Of a DNA stretch of 64,000 nucleotides, positions 26,007-36,403 are shown in pieces. The stretch's first letter is position 1. Every line of letters starts with the position of its first letter. This DNA comes from a virus (Duplodnaviria > Caudoviricetes): the IMG/VR virus record IMGVR_UViG_3300044652_000025, positions 87,491 to 151,490 of that record; one strand, given 5' to 3'. A program made the translations under genes and the position numbers. The notes beneath the pieces were generated by a model that did not search any database, was not told where the DNA came from, and worked only from the letters and a program-made list of their open reading frames with translations.

Positions 26007-28438
26007 TTGGACCCTCCCAGAGGCAGGGCGTAGAGCCCGCTGCTGTCGGTGGCCGAGATCGCGGTGACTGTCACCGAGGTGGTGAACCCCGAGCCGCGGA
26101 AGTCAAAGCTGTGGTTCACGCCCTTGACGTACATCTGGACCTTATAGGCGGGGATCTCCAGGATCATGCCGGGATATACCTCGGGCATGAAGGTGAGATT
26201 GACCTGGGACGAGAACTGTTGCGCCCACGACTGCATCAGCAGGTAAATCGCGTACCAGAACTCAGTCAGCCCGGCGGGGATGAATGGCAGCTGCTGGATG
26301 TCGACCCTCGCTCCGTATCGCTTCAGGATCTTCTGGGGGTCGAGGAACAGATCGGCCCGCTTATCGGTGTTCGACTGGATGTTGAAAAGGGCGGCGAGAA
26401 TCTGGGGGAACTCCACCGAGGCGATGCCCTGCGAGGAGTAGATATCGGTCGGCAGAGAGGTTCCCGCCGCAATACCGGCCCCACCACCCGTCGGCGGGAT
26501 ATCGGTCCCGACGACGAACTGGTGGGTGACGAGATACTCATCGGACCACTCGACCGTGAACCCGTCGCCGAGTAGTTCGATGGTCTCGACGGTCATCCGT
26601 CCGGCGGTGCCGTAGAAGCCGAAGTAATCGGGAAACCAGGCGATGAAGTCGCCGTTGGGGGCGGCCATGAACGACCGCATGGAGATGTTGGCGTACTGCT
26701 GGATGGTGCTGAGCAGGGGGGTGTCGTTCAGCAACATCCGGGCGCCGACGAGTGCTGTGCTTTCCGGATCAGCCTGCGGTGTCCAGCTGCTGGTGTCGGT
26801 CACCACCGGCATCGCCCCGCTACCCGCGATGCCGATCGTGCCTGACGCTCCCTGCGTCACCGGCGCCGTCGCCCCGCCGTAATCCATCCCGGGGATCGTC
26901 CCGGCGTTGGCGAAGCGGTTCCCGATGCTGCCCTCGACGACGCCGTACTGGGTGCCCATGGCCTCGATGGTGTGAAGCCCGTCACCGACCGAGATCACCA
27001 CATGGCTGGCGTCGGCCGGGAACATCAGTGCCCCCTGGGTCTTCGACGCCTGATCGACGGTCAGCGTCGTCTTCGCCGCCTGAATGGCCGCCCACTGCTC
27101 TTCTGACGTCCGGGGCAACGAGACCCCGACCCGTCCAGCCGCCCACTGCACCAGGGCTGAGCAGTCGAAGGCGCCCGGGTTCGGGTCCGAGACCTTGGGC
27201 TGAGCGCCCCAGACATAGCTGTCGCCGACCTGAGCCGCGGCGATGGTGATGAAGTCCTCTCTGCTCTTGCTGCCGGTACTGGCCGCCTGACCGGCGGCCT
27301 GTTGACTGTCGGTCGCTGGCGGCAGGGTGTACGGCCCCAGCTGGGCGCCGTCGGGGGCGAAGCGGATGTCGACCTGGACGTCGGTGGCTCCTGCGAGCGC
27401 GGTCTCCAGGGCGTACTGGCTCATGTCGATGACCCGGCCGGTACTGGTCGCCGGACCCCAGTCGGCGGCCCGGAGGACGACGGCCTTCTGGTTCACGGTG
27501 TTGATCACCAGGACGCGACGGCCGTTCCACCACTGTTTCGCCTTGTCGACGAGGTTGGACGGTACGGCAAGTGTGATCTCCCCGGCGGTGTTCATGACCG
27601 CGTAAGGCCAGCGCATGGCGCAGTACCACAGCCCCTGCGGATCCTCCGGCGTCCCGGGATGGAGCCCCGCCTCCTTGCTGAGTCCCATCGTGAATGGCGC
27701 CCCTCCGGACGGACCGCCGAACCACGACGCCGTCCCGGAATAGGCCGGGAGCGCGCCGGTGGCGGTCCGGAGAGCAGGATCGGAGTCCGGCGCCACCGTG
27801 GTCGCCCCAGCCGAAGTGGGGGTGGCGCCGCCGATGGAGGCTCCGGTCCCGGTACTCGTCGCCTCGGGTGGTGTGGCGGGTGCCAGAACGGTCTGGAGCG
27901 ACTGGTAGAGATCGGAGATCTGCTTGGTCCAGACGGCCGGGATCCGGCCGATGTGGATGTTGGTCTGAGGCCAGTTGCCGACGTTGATGAGGAGCGACTG
28001 GAGCCGCGTCCGGAGCCCACCGTCGTCGTCGGCCTTCAGCTGGTCGGTCGTGGGAAGACCGACTCCCGGATGCATCAGCTGCACGGCGGCCTCCGAGCCC
28101 GGATCCCACATGGTGTAGCGCAGCCGTTTGAGTGTGCATTGGCCGGAGAGGACGACAGTCCGGGGATAGACCGAGAAGTAAGGGGCTTGACTGATGTAGC
28201 CAGAGAAGGTCTGCATCCACTTGATGCGCTTCATCTGGACTGAGATGCGGTCGTCGGGAGAGAACACCCCGTCGTACTTGCGGCGGTGGTTGGCGAGGGA
28301 GAACGAGAAGCTGCCCAAGGCATTCTCGGCCATCCCGATGTTGCCGCCCACCAGGTCATCCGAGACGTCGATGATCTCGTCGAGACGCGTCGAATGGATG
28401 TGGACCCGGACCGCGGGAGAGTAGATGAAGGTCGGCAC
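26003..28438 (-). CDS. Baseplate hub with RlpA-like DPBB and NlpC/P60 domains
   Basis: ASWFGG...DWGP...GRVIDMS; YVWGA...FDCSALVQW...LPRTSEEQW...HVVIS; FMPEVYPGM hub C-terminus. Confidence 0.85.
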   Translation of the reverse strand: MPTFIYSPAVRVHIHSTRLDEIIDVSDDLVGGNIGMAENALGSFSFSLANHRRKYDGVFSPDDRISVQMKRIKWMQTFSGYISQAPYFSVYPRTVVLSGQCTLKRLRYTMWDPGSEAAVQLMHPGVGLPTTDQLKADDDGGLRTRLQSLLINVGNWPQTNIHIGRIPAVWTKQISDLYQSLQTVLAPATPPEATSTGTGASIGGATPTSAGATTVAPDSDPALRTATGALPAYSGTASWFGGPSGGAPFTMGLSKEAGLHPGTPEDPQGLWYCAMRWPYAVMNTAGEITLAVPSNLVDKAKQWWNGRRVLVINTVNQKAVVLRAADWGPATSTGRVIDMSQYALETALAGATDVQVDIRFAPDGAQLGPYTLPPATDSQQAAGQAASTGSKSREDFITIAAAQVGDSYVWGAQPKVSDPNPGAFDCSALVQWAAGRVGVSLPRTSEEQWAAIQAAKTTLTVDQASKTQGALMFPADASHVVISVGDGLHTIEAMGTQYGVVEGSIGNRFANAGTIPGMDYGGATAPVTQGASGTIGIAGSGAMPVVTDTSSWTPQADPESTALVGARMLLNDTPLLSTIQQYANISMRSFMAAPNGDFIAWFPDYFGFYGTAGRMTVETIELLGDGFTVEWSDEYLVTHQFVVGTDIPPTGGGAGIAAGTSLPTDIYSSQGIASVEFPQILAALFNIQSNTDKRADLFLDPQKILKRYGARVDIQQLPFIPAGLTEFWYAIYLLMQSWAQQFSSQVNLTFMPEVYPGMILEIPAYKVQMYVKGVNHSFDFRGSGFTTSVTVTAISATDSSGLYALPLGGSK

Positions 28439-29013
28439 TAGAACCCGGTGAAGTCGAGCGACCCAGCGTCGTAGAGCAGGTCATCGCCCATGTCGACGCC
28501 GCTCAATTGGGTGCCGCCCGGATAGAAGTAGGGCAACGTGTGGGTCGGGTCATCCGGAATGGAGAACTGGGAGATCGCCGTCGGCGCCTTGATGTTGCCG
28601 GTCCCGAAGCTGCCGATGGGATCGGCGGTACCGACGAAGGTCAGCGTCATCCGGTGGACAGTGGTGGTGCGGTTGTCGCCGAAGGTGACCCCGGATGAAG
28701 GAACGCCCATCTTGTCGAAGCCGCGGCTGGGAACCGTCACCCGCATGGAGCCCACCTGGGGTGTGCCTGCCGCGGCGCGGTTGCCGTAGCCCTGGAGCCA
28801 GTTGCCGAGCGCCGTGTACTCCTCGTGGGTGGCGCAGGCGATGTGGATGGTGAAGGGGGTCGCCACTACCTGCTTGGCATAGAAGGCGGTGTCCATCCTG
28901 GTGTTGTCGGTGTCGTTGGTGAACTGGATGCCCCACTCGATCCGTTCGACGGACACCTGGACTGAGCCGTAGTTGGCCACGGCGAGCGTCCCGTTGAGGC
29001 GGCTGATGCTCAT
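28438..29013 (-). CDS. Baseplate/tail protein
   Basis: ATGA-coupled start MSISR; synteny. Confidence 0.7.
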   Translation of the reverse strand: MSISRLNGTLAVANYGSVQVSVERIEWGIQFTNDTDNTRMDTAFYAKQVVATPFTIHIACATHEEYTALGNWLQGYGNRAAAGTPQVGSMRVTVPSRGFDKMGVPSSGVTFGDNRTTTVHRMTLTFVGTADPIGSFGTGNIKAPTAISQFSIPDDPTHTLPYFYPGGTQLSGVDMGDDLLYDAGSLDFTGF

Positions 29014-29807
29014 GGTGCGGCCTCCGGGGCGTACCAGGGGGCGTAGACCGCTTCGAGGTCGGCGTCGGCGAGGTTGACGGCGATGCCGCCGGTGGTGAAC
29101 CCGAAGCCCCCGAAGTCGACGAGGACGGGCTGGGCGTGGTCGTAGGGCACCGGCTGGCTCACTGGCACGTCCGAGGACCACACACGGATCGGCGATGTCG
29201 CTGCCCGCGCCTCGTTGGGGCGGATCGTGCGAAGTGTCGGCAGCGTCCCGCCTGGTTGGGCCTGGACCGCCAGACGGGTGTACCGGACGACGTGATCGGC
29301 CGGTGCCGGGAGGATCTCGACCCCGAAGCGCACGAAGAGTCGCTGGAGCGTGCCGGTGGCGGTGTCGGTCGGCGGCGGGACGCTCTCGGAGCCGGAACGG
29401 GGCGCCCTGACGTAGGAGGTCGGAACGTCAGTGCCGGAGACCCCGTCGGTACCGGTCCGGGAGTAGGCGCCGACAATCGACGCGGTATCGCCCGGCGGAT
29501 CGGTGCTGTCCGCCGTGGCCCGGATGGCGTAGAGGAGATCGAAAGAGACGGTGTCGGTGGTACCAGCGACCGAATCGGCCGTGCTGACGTTGTAGACATT
29601 GACCGGGTGGAGCAGAACCTCAACGGACTCGCGTGCCGTTCTGGCCTTCGGAGTTCCCTGGCCGAGCGCCTCGACTGAACCACGCGCCGTCCGGGCCTTC
29701 GGGCTCCCTTGCCCCAGGGACTCAACCGATTCCCGCGCCGTACGCGCCTTCGCCGTACCCTGCCCCAGGGCCTCGACGGACTCGCGGGCATCACGGCTGG
29801 TCGTCAC
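29010..29807 (-). CDS. Protein with four N-terminal 17-aa repeats and Thr/Asp-rich stalk
   Basis: R.ARESVE.LGQG x4. Confidence 0.75.
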   Translation of the reverse strand: MTTSRDARESVEALGQGTAKARTARESVESLGQGSPKARTARGSVEALGQGTPKARTARESVEVLLHPVNVYNVSTADSVAGTTDTVSFDLLYAIRATADSTDPPGDTASIVGAYSRTGTDGVSGTDVPTSYVRAPRSGSESVPPPTDTATGTLQRLFVRFGVEILPAPADHVVRYTRLAVQAQPGGTLPTLRTIRPNEARAATSPIRVWSSDVPVSQPVPYDHAQPVLVDFGGFGFTTGGIAVNLADADLEAVYAPWYAPEAAP

Positions 29808-29809
29808 CC

Positions 29810-31468
29810 CTACGCACTCTTGAAAGCCGCGGTGACGGTCGAGTCCTGGGAGGCGGTGGTGGTCATCGTCTCAGTGGCCGACGCTCCGGCCGATGCCTGC
29901 ACCACATCGGTGAACCCGGCCCAGACCCTGGCCCCAGGTCCCGCCAGCTGCGTCCGTGCCGCGGCAGAAGCCCCTGACAAGGTCGGGTTGCCGGGGTTGG
30001 GGTTGGCCCAGTGAGCGAAGCCGTAGACGACCAGATCATTGGCCAGGGTCGTGGTGACCGAGGCAGCGTTGATGTTGCCGCCACCACTCGATCCGCTGGA
30101 GACGTCGACGGGGCTGGACTGCACCACGCCGGAGTAGGCGGCGAAAGCAATGGCGAAGTCATTACCGCCGACGTTGCTCCAAGTGAGAGTGGCGCCGAGA
30201 TCCCCGGCGGCGGCGATCTTGTACCACATCCCGGAGTTCAGGTTGGCGGTATTCACCTGCTGAATCGATGTCCAGCCGCTGGGCACTGTCCAGGTCGGCG
30301 TCCCGGCAAAGGACGACGCGACCATGGCCACCATGAGGTCACCGGTCTGGACGGCGGCCGGGACGGTGATGCTGGCGGTGTTGGCCGTACCGCCGCCGTT
30401 GGTGGCGCTGGAGGCCCGATAGGTGGGCGGTCCCGTCGAGGTGCGGTTCTCGACCCCGAACTCGGCCCCGTTGACTTCGGCGATCAACCACGCCGCAGCC
30501 GTCGCCGGAGACTGGTCAAAGTACCGTGAGACCAACCCGAAGCTCGTACCGAGTGCTACATCCGAGCCCGGGTAGTTGGTGCCGCCGATGCGGGCCACCT
30601 GCCGGAAGTTCTGGGCGCCAGTGTCGGTCTTCTCGATATACGAGCGGTGAGCGACTCCCCGGACGAGTGATGTCGTAGCGACGAGATCGGCGTAGGCATA
30701 GGTGTCGATGTTGCCGAGTGTCCCGGTCTCAACGTATGTGGTGGTGACCGGCGATCCGGCTTCGTTGACCAGCTGGTAGTTGTTCACCGAGTCACCGTCG
30801 GAACCGACCCACTGGCTGTAGTTGCCGTTGCCGTTCGGATAGAGGGTCTGGACGGAGCAATCGCCGAGGAAGTCGTTGTTGACCGACCCGGCGCCGTTGC
30901 AGATGTAGAGGTCGTCGATGTAGATCCCGTTGGCCATGAAGTCGTCCCAGAAGGCGATGCCTTCAAAGACGGTGTTGGTCCCGCCGTTCTTGGTGTTCTG
31001 GCCGGTGAGGTTCAGGACGTCGCCGCCGTTGAGACGAATGTTGACGACGCCGACAGTGGCCGAGAGAGTGACCTTGACCTCGACGTACTGCCACGATCCG
31101 GGGACGATGATGTTGTTCGAGGTCTGGCCCAAGATCGTGTTGGTGGCGTAGACGGAGCCCCGCCGGGCGGTCAGCCGGTTGTTGGTGTCGAGGTAGATGG
31201 TGTCGTGGATCGTGCCCCAGTTGTCGCTGTAAAAGCGCAGCAGTTCAGTGGCCGTGGCCCCGGCGGGTTTCATGGCGAAGCCGACGATGAAGGTGACGTG
31301 GGTGTCGGGCGTGTTGGCCAACCAACGGGAGAGATGCTGGTTGCCGGTCGGCATCAGCCCACAGGTCGTCCCGGTGCGCTGGTTGGCCGTATTCAGGGAC
31401 ATGGAGAACTGGTTCCACTTCGATCCCTGGAGGCCGTCGTCGAAGCCTTCGATGAACAGGAGACTCAT
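29810..31468 (-). CDS. Beta-rich virion protein (552 aa) with extra C-terminal domain
   Basis: ATGA-coupled start MSLLFIEGFD; paralog of 23066-24145. Confidence 0.8.
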   Translation of the reverse strand: MSLLFIEGFDDGLQGSKWNQFSMSLNTANQRTGTTCGLMPTGNQHLSRWLANTPDTHVTFIVGFAMKPAGATATELLRFYSDNWGTIHDTIYLDTNNRLTARRGSVYATNTILGQTSNNIIVPGSWQYVEVKVTLSATVGVVNIRLNGGDVLNLTGQNTKNGGTNTVFEGIAFWDDFMANGIYIDDLYICNGAGSVNNDFLGDCSVQTLYPNGNGNYSQWVGSDGDSVNNYQLVNEAGSPVTTTYVETGTLGNIDTYAYADLVATTSLVRGVAHRSYIEKTDTGAQNFRQVARIGGTNYPGSDVALGTSFGLVSRYFDQSPATAAAWLIAEVNGAEFGVENRTSTGPPTYRASSATNGGGTANTASITVPAAVQTGDLMVAMVASSFAGTPTWTVPSGWTSIQQVNTANLNSGMWYKIAAAGDLGATLTWSNVGGNDFAIAFAAYSGVVQSSPVDVSSGSSGGGNINAASVTTTLANDLVVYGFAHWANPNPGNPTLSGASAAARTQLAGPGARVWAGFTDVVQASAGASATETMTTTASQDSTVTAAFKSA

Positions 31469-32247
31469 GCAGTCCTCCCGAAGATGGCGGCCCGGCTGGC
31501 CGTGTTGTTCCATTCCGCCCGTAGCTCCTGCGGGCTGGGGATAGGCCCACCACCCAGGGCCAGCGAGGCGCCGTTGACGTTGACCCACCATTGCCTCAGC
31601 TGCTCATCCGTCGGAGGTGGCGGTGGAGCCGGTGGGGGATCACCGGTGGTACCGACGGCCGCCCCTCCGACCGTACCCGCCGGGGCGTTGCTGCCCGGCG
31701 TCTCCTGGAGTTGGAGGGCGTTGAGGGGCTGCTGGATCGTCGAAGCGAAGGAGGCGTCAACCGCACCACCGTTGTAGGCCGTCTCCTGCCATCCCATCCC
31801 GTCGGAGAGGCGAGTGATGAAGGCGTCCATCGCCACGGAATTGAGACGACCCTCGGTAGCGTCAGCGATCTGAAGGGTGAGTTCCCACCTCGGGCCGAAG
31901 TTGGCGTTGTCGAAGACGACGGAGGATCCTCCGGCGACGTCAGTGAAGGTCTTCAGGAAGACAAGGAAGTTCCAGCCCTTCGTCGGGTAGACGAACGAGA
32001 CCGGATCGGTGGCAGGGTTGGTGACCTGGGTCGTACCGATCCGCTGGAGGAACGAGAGGAAGTCGACCTGCTCTTTCCATCCCCCGGCGAAGGCCCCGGT
32101 GATCGTGAGATCACTCACCGAGGCTCCGTAGACCTGGACGACCTTGCCGCCGACCGTCTGGAGGTCGGCGACAAGCACGCTGTAGTTCCATTCGACCGCG
32201 GTCGGGTCGACGTTGAAAACGCGCCCCGCCAGGCTAGCGATCCCCAT
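31465..32247 (-). CDS. Tail tube-initiator/baseplate protein
   Basis: Directly after tape measure; QTVGGKVVQVYG...LTITG. Confidence 0.7.
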   Translation of the reverse strand: MGIASLAGRVFNVDPTAVEWNYSVLVADLQTVGGKVVQVYGASVSDLTITGAFAGGWKEQVDFLSFLQRIGTTQVTNPATDPVSFVYPTKGWNFLVFLKTFTDVAGGSSVVFDNANFGPRWELTLQIADATEGRLNSVAMDAFITRLSDGMGWQETAYNGGAVDASFASTIQQPLNALQLQETPGSNAPAGTVGGAAVGTTGDPPPAPPPPPTDEQLRQWWVNVNGASLALGGGPIPSPQELRAEWNNTASRAAIFGRTA

Positions 32248-34919
32248 CAGCCGCCGACTCCGGGACTGCGGTTACCGGTGGCCAGATTGGCGATCGGAGG
32301 GTTGCTGCTGTTGGGGCCGAAGTTCGTCGATACCCCGGGTCCATAGATCCGGAGGAGGTTCGCCAGCGGCGGTGCCGCGTCGACCATGATCGTCGTCTTC
32401 GGCTTCGGCTTGGCCTGATCCTCGTTCTTCTTGATCAGTGCATTGACAGCATCCTGATCCTTGAGGCCACGCCCAATCCCAGCAAGCGACTTGTCGGACG
32501 CGCTCTTCGACGGAATGTTCTCGCCCTTCATGCCGGTGATCTCCGCAACCGACTGGCCGATCTCGGACTTCGTCTGCTCGTTATGGCCCTTGACCAGCTG
32601 CGCGGTTCCATTGGCCAATTGATCCGGGAAATGCTGGAGCGCTTCGGTGAAGTTGACCTGTCGAGGCCCGCTGGAGGTCTGGACGACGAACAAGTCCTTG
32701 CCGGTGATGCCTTGATCCCTGACCAGGGCGTCGATGACCGCGGACGAACCGCCGCGTCCCTGTGCATAGCTGAAATACGCCTGCTGCCAGGTGTCAGGCT
32801 GCGGCAGGGCCACATTGGGTTGCAGATCGGACGGGCTCTTACCGAGGACACTACGCGTCCACGCTCGTACATTGGCGGTCGACGAGAAGTTCACCGGCGC
32901 TGGGTTCTTGGCCGCGAATCCTCCCCCGGCAGCCATGGCCACCGTCGCTCCGATATTGCCCGGGGTCACGTTCTCCAAGCCGGTCTGGGCCATGAAGGCC
33001 TGGGCGGTGTCGGGATTGATGACGTTCTGGGCCAACAGGTCGGCGCCGATGCGCTGGATCACGCTGCTGCTGACCCGCTGGCTGGCGATGTCCTGGGGAG
33101 AGACGCCGTACCGTGCGGCGATCTGGACGAAGCGGTTGTAGCCCGACGAGCCCGGAGCCAGTCCCATGAGCCCGAGGCTTCGCTGGATCAGGCCGTTGAC
33201 GCCGCTGTTCAGCAGATTGCCGCCGCCGGGCTCTTGAATCTGGCCCAGTAGCTGCCCGTAGCTCTGCCCGGTCATCGGGGCAATCATCCGCAGCTGGGTG
33301 TCAGAGAGGTTGAAACCCAGACCGGACGCCGCCTGGCCGAACCCGGCGAAGTTCTGGGCCATCGACCCGGCGAGGCGGTTGGCGGCGGCGGTTCCGACCA
33401 GCGGGGTCAGACCCTGTACCTGGGTGATGAACTGCTGGCGGGCCTGGTCGGTGTTGATCCCCGCCGCCCGAGCGGAAGCCGTCACGTTATCGAGGGAGTT
33501 CTGAAGGTCTCTGAAGCTCAGGTTGCTGTCCTTCAACTTCAGGTTGATCAGCGTCAGGGAGTCGCTGATGTCCATGCCGTACTTCTTGAACTGGGACACG
33601 GCGAAGTCCAGGGCTTCCTGACGTTCTCCGCCGCGTGTCGTCATCGACGAGACGCCCTCGAAGAGCCGGGCGGCGTCTTCACCGCTCAGGACCCCCATCT
33701 GGCCGAATTGGAAGGCCCGCTCCCTGGCCCGCTGCCCGAAGGCCTCGATCTGACTGCCGCCGTAGATGCGCTGCCAGGGGGCGTTGGCGGCCCGCTGCGA
33801 GGTCTCGAAGTTGAGGCCCGCCCGGACGAGGCCGTACCCGGCCAGGACCGGACCGGCGAATTCCCCGATAGCCGTGGCCGCTTCAGGGGCGACCGCGCTG
33901 AGGATGTCCCCGAAGCCACCGCCACCGGCGACCGCCTGACCGAGGTTGCCGACCATGCCCCGGCGCTTCTTCGACTGCTGGTAGGCATCGACTTCTTCCT
34001 TCGGTACCGGCACCCGCGGCTCGTTGGGATCGGCGATCCCCATGGCCTCGGCCTGGGTCCGTGACATCGGCCCCATGGCGGTGTCGATCATGTCCGGCCG
34101 CCGGTAGACCCATCGCGGCATCGGCCCCAGGGCGGTGTCCTCGGTGATCTGCTCGATGTCCGAACCCTGCCGGGGCGTATTGGCCCACTGAGTGAGCCGC
34201 TGACCGAACCGCTGGCGAAGAGTGCCGACCGTGGGGACCGGCTGACCCGGCTGCCACATCGGCGGCAGATCGCCCGCCGCTTCGTCAGGAGCAATGTCCT
34301 CGGTCCGCCGGACGCGTCCGCTGCTGGCCGGTGAGACCGTGAAGCCACCCTGGGGAACCGGATGCCGAACGCGGCTACTCGGCGCAGGCGTGGGCGCCTG
34401 GGTGATCGGCTGACCCGTCGGGTCGACGATCTCGACCTTCTGGACGTTGCCGCTGCTGAAGGCCGATCCGGTAGTGCGGATGGTACCGAAGCCCAGCGGC
34501 GTCGCCGGAGTCGGCGCCGGGGCATTGACGGGGGCTACCGGCCCGGTCGGTGTCCCGGCCACTGGGACGCTCACCGTGCCCGGACCCGTCGCGACCGGGG
34601 CTCCGGCTCCGGTCACTGCGGCGATCGTCGATTGCTGGGCGTCCTTGAGGGCCTGGTTGATCTGGTCGAGCCCGCCCTTGAGGATCGCCTGGAAGCCGTT
34701 CGGACCGGGATCGCCGAACATGGCCAGAGCGTCGGCCGCCCGCGACAGGTCCGTCTGCATCGCCACCAGGGTCTGCACCGCGCCCTGGGTCGTCTGGAGC
34801 GAGACGTCGTAGCCCGGCGCCAGGGCGGGCTGGGACCGCGCCTGACGGAGTAGGGGATCGGCCGAGAACCCCGGCTGGGGTGTACTCGGCAGCGGCGGAA
34901 GGGGGACCTTGTCGGGCAT
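32247..34919 (-). CDS. Tape measure protein (890 aa)
   Basis: Follows the frameshifted chaperone; A/G/Q-rich helical composition. Confidence 0.75.
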   Translation of the reverse strand: MPDKVPLPPLPSTPQPGFSADPLLRQARSQPALAPGYDVSLQTTQGAVQTLVAMQTDLSRAADALAMFGDPGPNGFQAILKGGLDQINQALKDAQQSTIAAVTGAGAPVATGPGTVSVPVAGTPTGPVAPVNAPAPTPATPLGFGTIRTTGSAFSSGNVQKVEIVDPTGQPITQAPTPAPSSRVRHPVPQGGFTVSPASSGRVRRTEDIAPDEAAGDLPPMWQPGQPVPTVGTLRQRFGQRLTQWANTPRQGSDIEQITEDTALGPMPRWVYRRPDMIDTAMGPMSRTQAEAMGIADPNEPRVPVPKEEVDAYQQSKKRRGMVGNLGQAVAGGGGFGDILSAVAPEAATAIGEFAGPVLAGYGLVRAGLNFETSQRAANAPWQRIYGGSQIEAFGQRARERAFQFGQMGVLSGEDAARLFEGVSSMTTRGGERQEALDFAVSQFKKYGMDISDSLTLINLKLKDSNLSFRDLQNSLDNVTASARAAGINTDQARQQFITQVQGLTPLVGTAAANRLAGSMAQNFAGFGQAASGLGFNLSDTQLRMIAPMTGQSYGQLLGQIQEPGGGNLLNSGVNGLIQRSLGLMGLAPGSSGYNRFVQIAARYGVSPQDIASQRVSSSVIQRIGADLLAQNVINPDTAQAFMAQTGLENVTPGNIGATVAMAAGGGFAAKNPAPVNFSSTANVRAWTRSVLGKSPSDLQPNVALPQPDTWQQAYFSYAQGRGGSSAVIDALVRDQGITGKDLFVVQTSSGPRQVNFTEALQHFPDQLANGTAQLVKGHNEQTKSEIGQSVAEITGMKGENIPSKSASDKSLAGIGRGLKDQDAVNALIKKNEDQAKPKPKTTIMVDAAPPLANLLRIYGPGVSTNFGPNSSNPPIANLATGNRSPGVGG

Positions 34920-35309
34920 CTACTCGCGGATGGTCCCGGTAGGGTTGGCGAGCATCTCCGCCAGCACCCGATCGCGTTCCTCGGCGTCGATCGGCTCGAA
35001 GTCGTAGACGACCCCGGCGGTCGGATCCTCGATGCGCTTCATCTCCGCTTCGGTCATTTCGTCGTCTTCCTTCGCCCAGTCGTAGAGCTTGGTCATGAGA
35101 TCGGGGTCATGGGTCACGAGCGCCAGCCGGAACCGTTCCAGGGCCTCCTCGGTCCGCTCTCTGGTCTCGGCGACCATGAGCACCTTGAGGGCGTACTCCT
35201 GGATGTGCGAGAGGTGTCGGCCACTGAAGAGGCCCCGCCGGTCGGCCAGCCGGATGTGGGCTTCTAGCCAGGGGTCGATGCCATAGGGCTCGACCCGGTG
35301 GCTTTTCCC
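34920..35309 (-). CDS. -1 frameshift extension of tail assembly chaperone (gpGT-like)
   Basis: Slippery G GGA AAA at 35303-35309; -1 frame open (SHRVEPYGIDPWLEAHIRLA...) to stop at 34920. Confidence 0.85.
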   Translation of the reverse strand, partial: GKSHRVEPYGIDPWLEAHIRLADRRGLFSGRHLSHIQEYALKVLMVAETRERTEEALERFRLALVTHDPDLMTKLYDWAKEDDEMTEAEMKRIEDPTAGVVYDFEPIDAEERDRVLAEMLANPTGTIRE

Positions 35310-35872
35310 ATCGCCGCCAGCACCTCCAGCACCCGACGCTCCAGGAGCATGTACTGCTCGTAGATGACGTCGAGAGTGGTGGGATACCAGCGTCGGACGA
35401 GATCGAAGCGGTTCCGGACCGGTGAGTCTCCTGGGTCGGAGCTAATCGGTTGGGGCAGCTTCTTGCCGTCGACCGAGATCGTGCAGGCCGCCACGATGGT
35501 CGTGGTGTAGGCCCGCATCTCCCCGAGTGAGCCCTGCCAGTCCTTGACGAGCAGGCCGACTTCCAGGAGTTCGTCGGTGGAGAGGGTCTTGATGACGAAC
35601 TTGTGACCCATCCACTCGAACTCGTGGGTGAGGGCTCCCAGATACAGCAGGCCCTCGAAATCGTCGCGCACCCGGGGATCGAACTCGGGTAGCTGTTCCT
35701 CGCTCGCAGCCTCGGTGGGAGGCGCCTCGGCGGTCACCCGATGTGGCTCCGTGTCGTCCTCCGGAGCGGGGCTCGACGGAGGTGGGCCTGAGACGTGGGC
35801 GCCGACGTTCGCGAGGTCAGACGGCTGTGGTACCTCCTCGCGTTCGTACCATTCCTCTTCGATCAACGGCAA
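35264..35872 (-). CDS. Tail assembly chaperone (gpG-like)
   Basis: Between tube and tape measure; carries the slippery site. Confidence 0.85.
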   Translation of the reverse strand: MPLIEEEWYEREEVPQPSDLANVGAHVSGPPPSSPAPEDDTEPHRVTAEAPPTEAASEEQLPEFDPRVRDDFEGLLYLGALTHEFEWMGHKFVIKTLSTDELLEVGLLVKDWQGSLGEMRAYTTTIVAACTISVDGKKLPQPISSDPGDSPVRNRFDLVRRWYPTTLDVIYEQYMLLERRVLEVLAAMGKATGSSPMASTPG

Positions 35873-35892
35873 GGTGCCTTCCCTTCATTGAT

Positions 35893-36393
35893 TTATGTGT
35901 CCCAGGTCTTGTGGGTGTAGACGGCCGAGATGTTCCGGCCGACGCTCATGGCGTCGATGGTGATGACCTCGGTGTCGTCGATGTCGTAGATCAGGACGTT
36001 GTGGTAGGTCCGCGACCGCCACTGGTTCTGCTGACCCGGCACCTTGATGATCATCTGGCAGGTGATCGGGCTGGTCTCGGCGGCGATGGATTCCAGCACG
36101 CCGTTGTCACGGATCGGGTCGATAATGCCGACGGCGTTTTCCAGGCCGACCAGCTGCTGCCAGACCGGGCCGTTCCATAGCTCGGTGATGGTGAAGGTGA
36201 TCGTCCCCATGCCGAGATAGCGCGGCGTGACGATGGCCTGGGGGTACTTGGCGTCGAGCGGGGTGATGGCCTCAGGTGCCGCGCCGGGTCGCTGGCCCTG
36301 GTCGGTGAAGTTGGTGAGCCAGGCGATGGGCTGGCCGCGGTAGTTGAACGAGGTGAACCCGCTCCCTCGGACCCGGACCTGTGTGACTGGCAT
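35893..36393 (-). CDS. Tail tube protein
   Basis: 166 aa directly after sheath. Confidence 0.8.
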   Translation of the reverse strand: MPVTQVRVRGSGFTSFNYRGQPIAWLTNFTDQGQRPGAAPEAITPLDAKYPQAIVTPRYLGMGTITFTITELWNGPVWQQLVGLENAVGIIDPIRDNGVLESIAAETSPITCQMIIKVPGQQNQWRSRTYHNVLIYDIDDTEVITIDAMSVGRNISAVYTHKTWDT

Positions 36394-36403
36394 CTACACG
36401 CTC

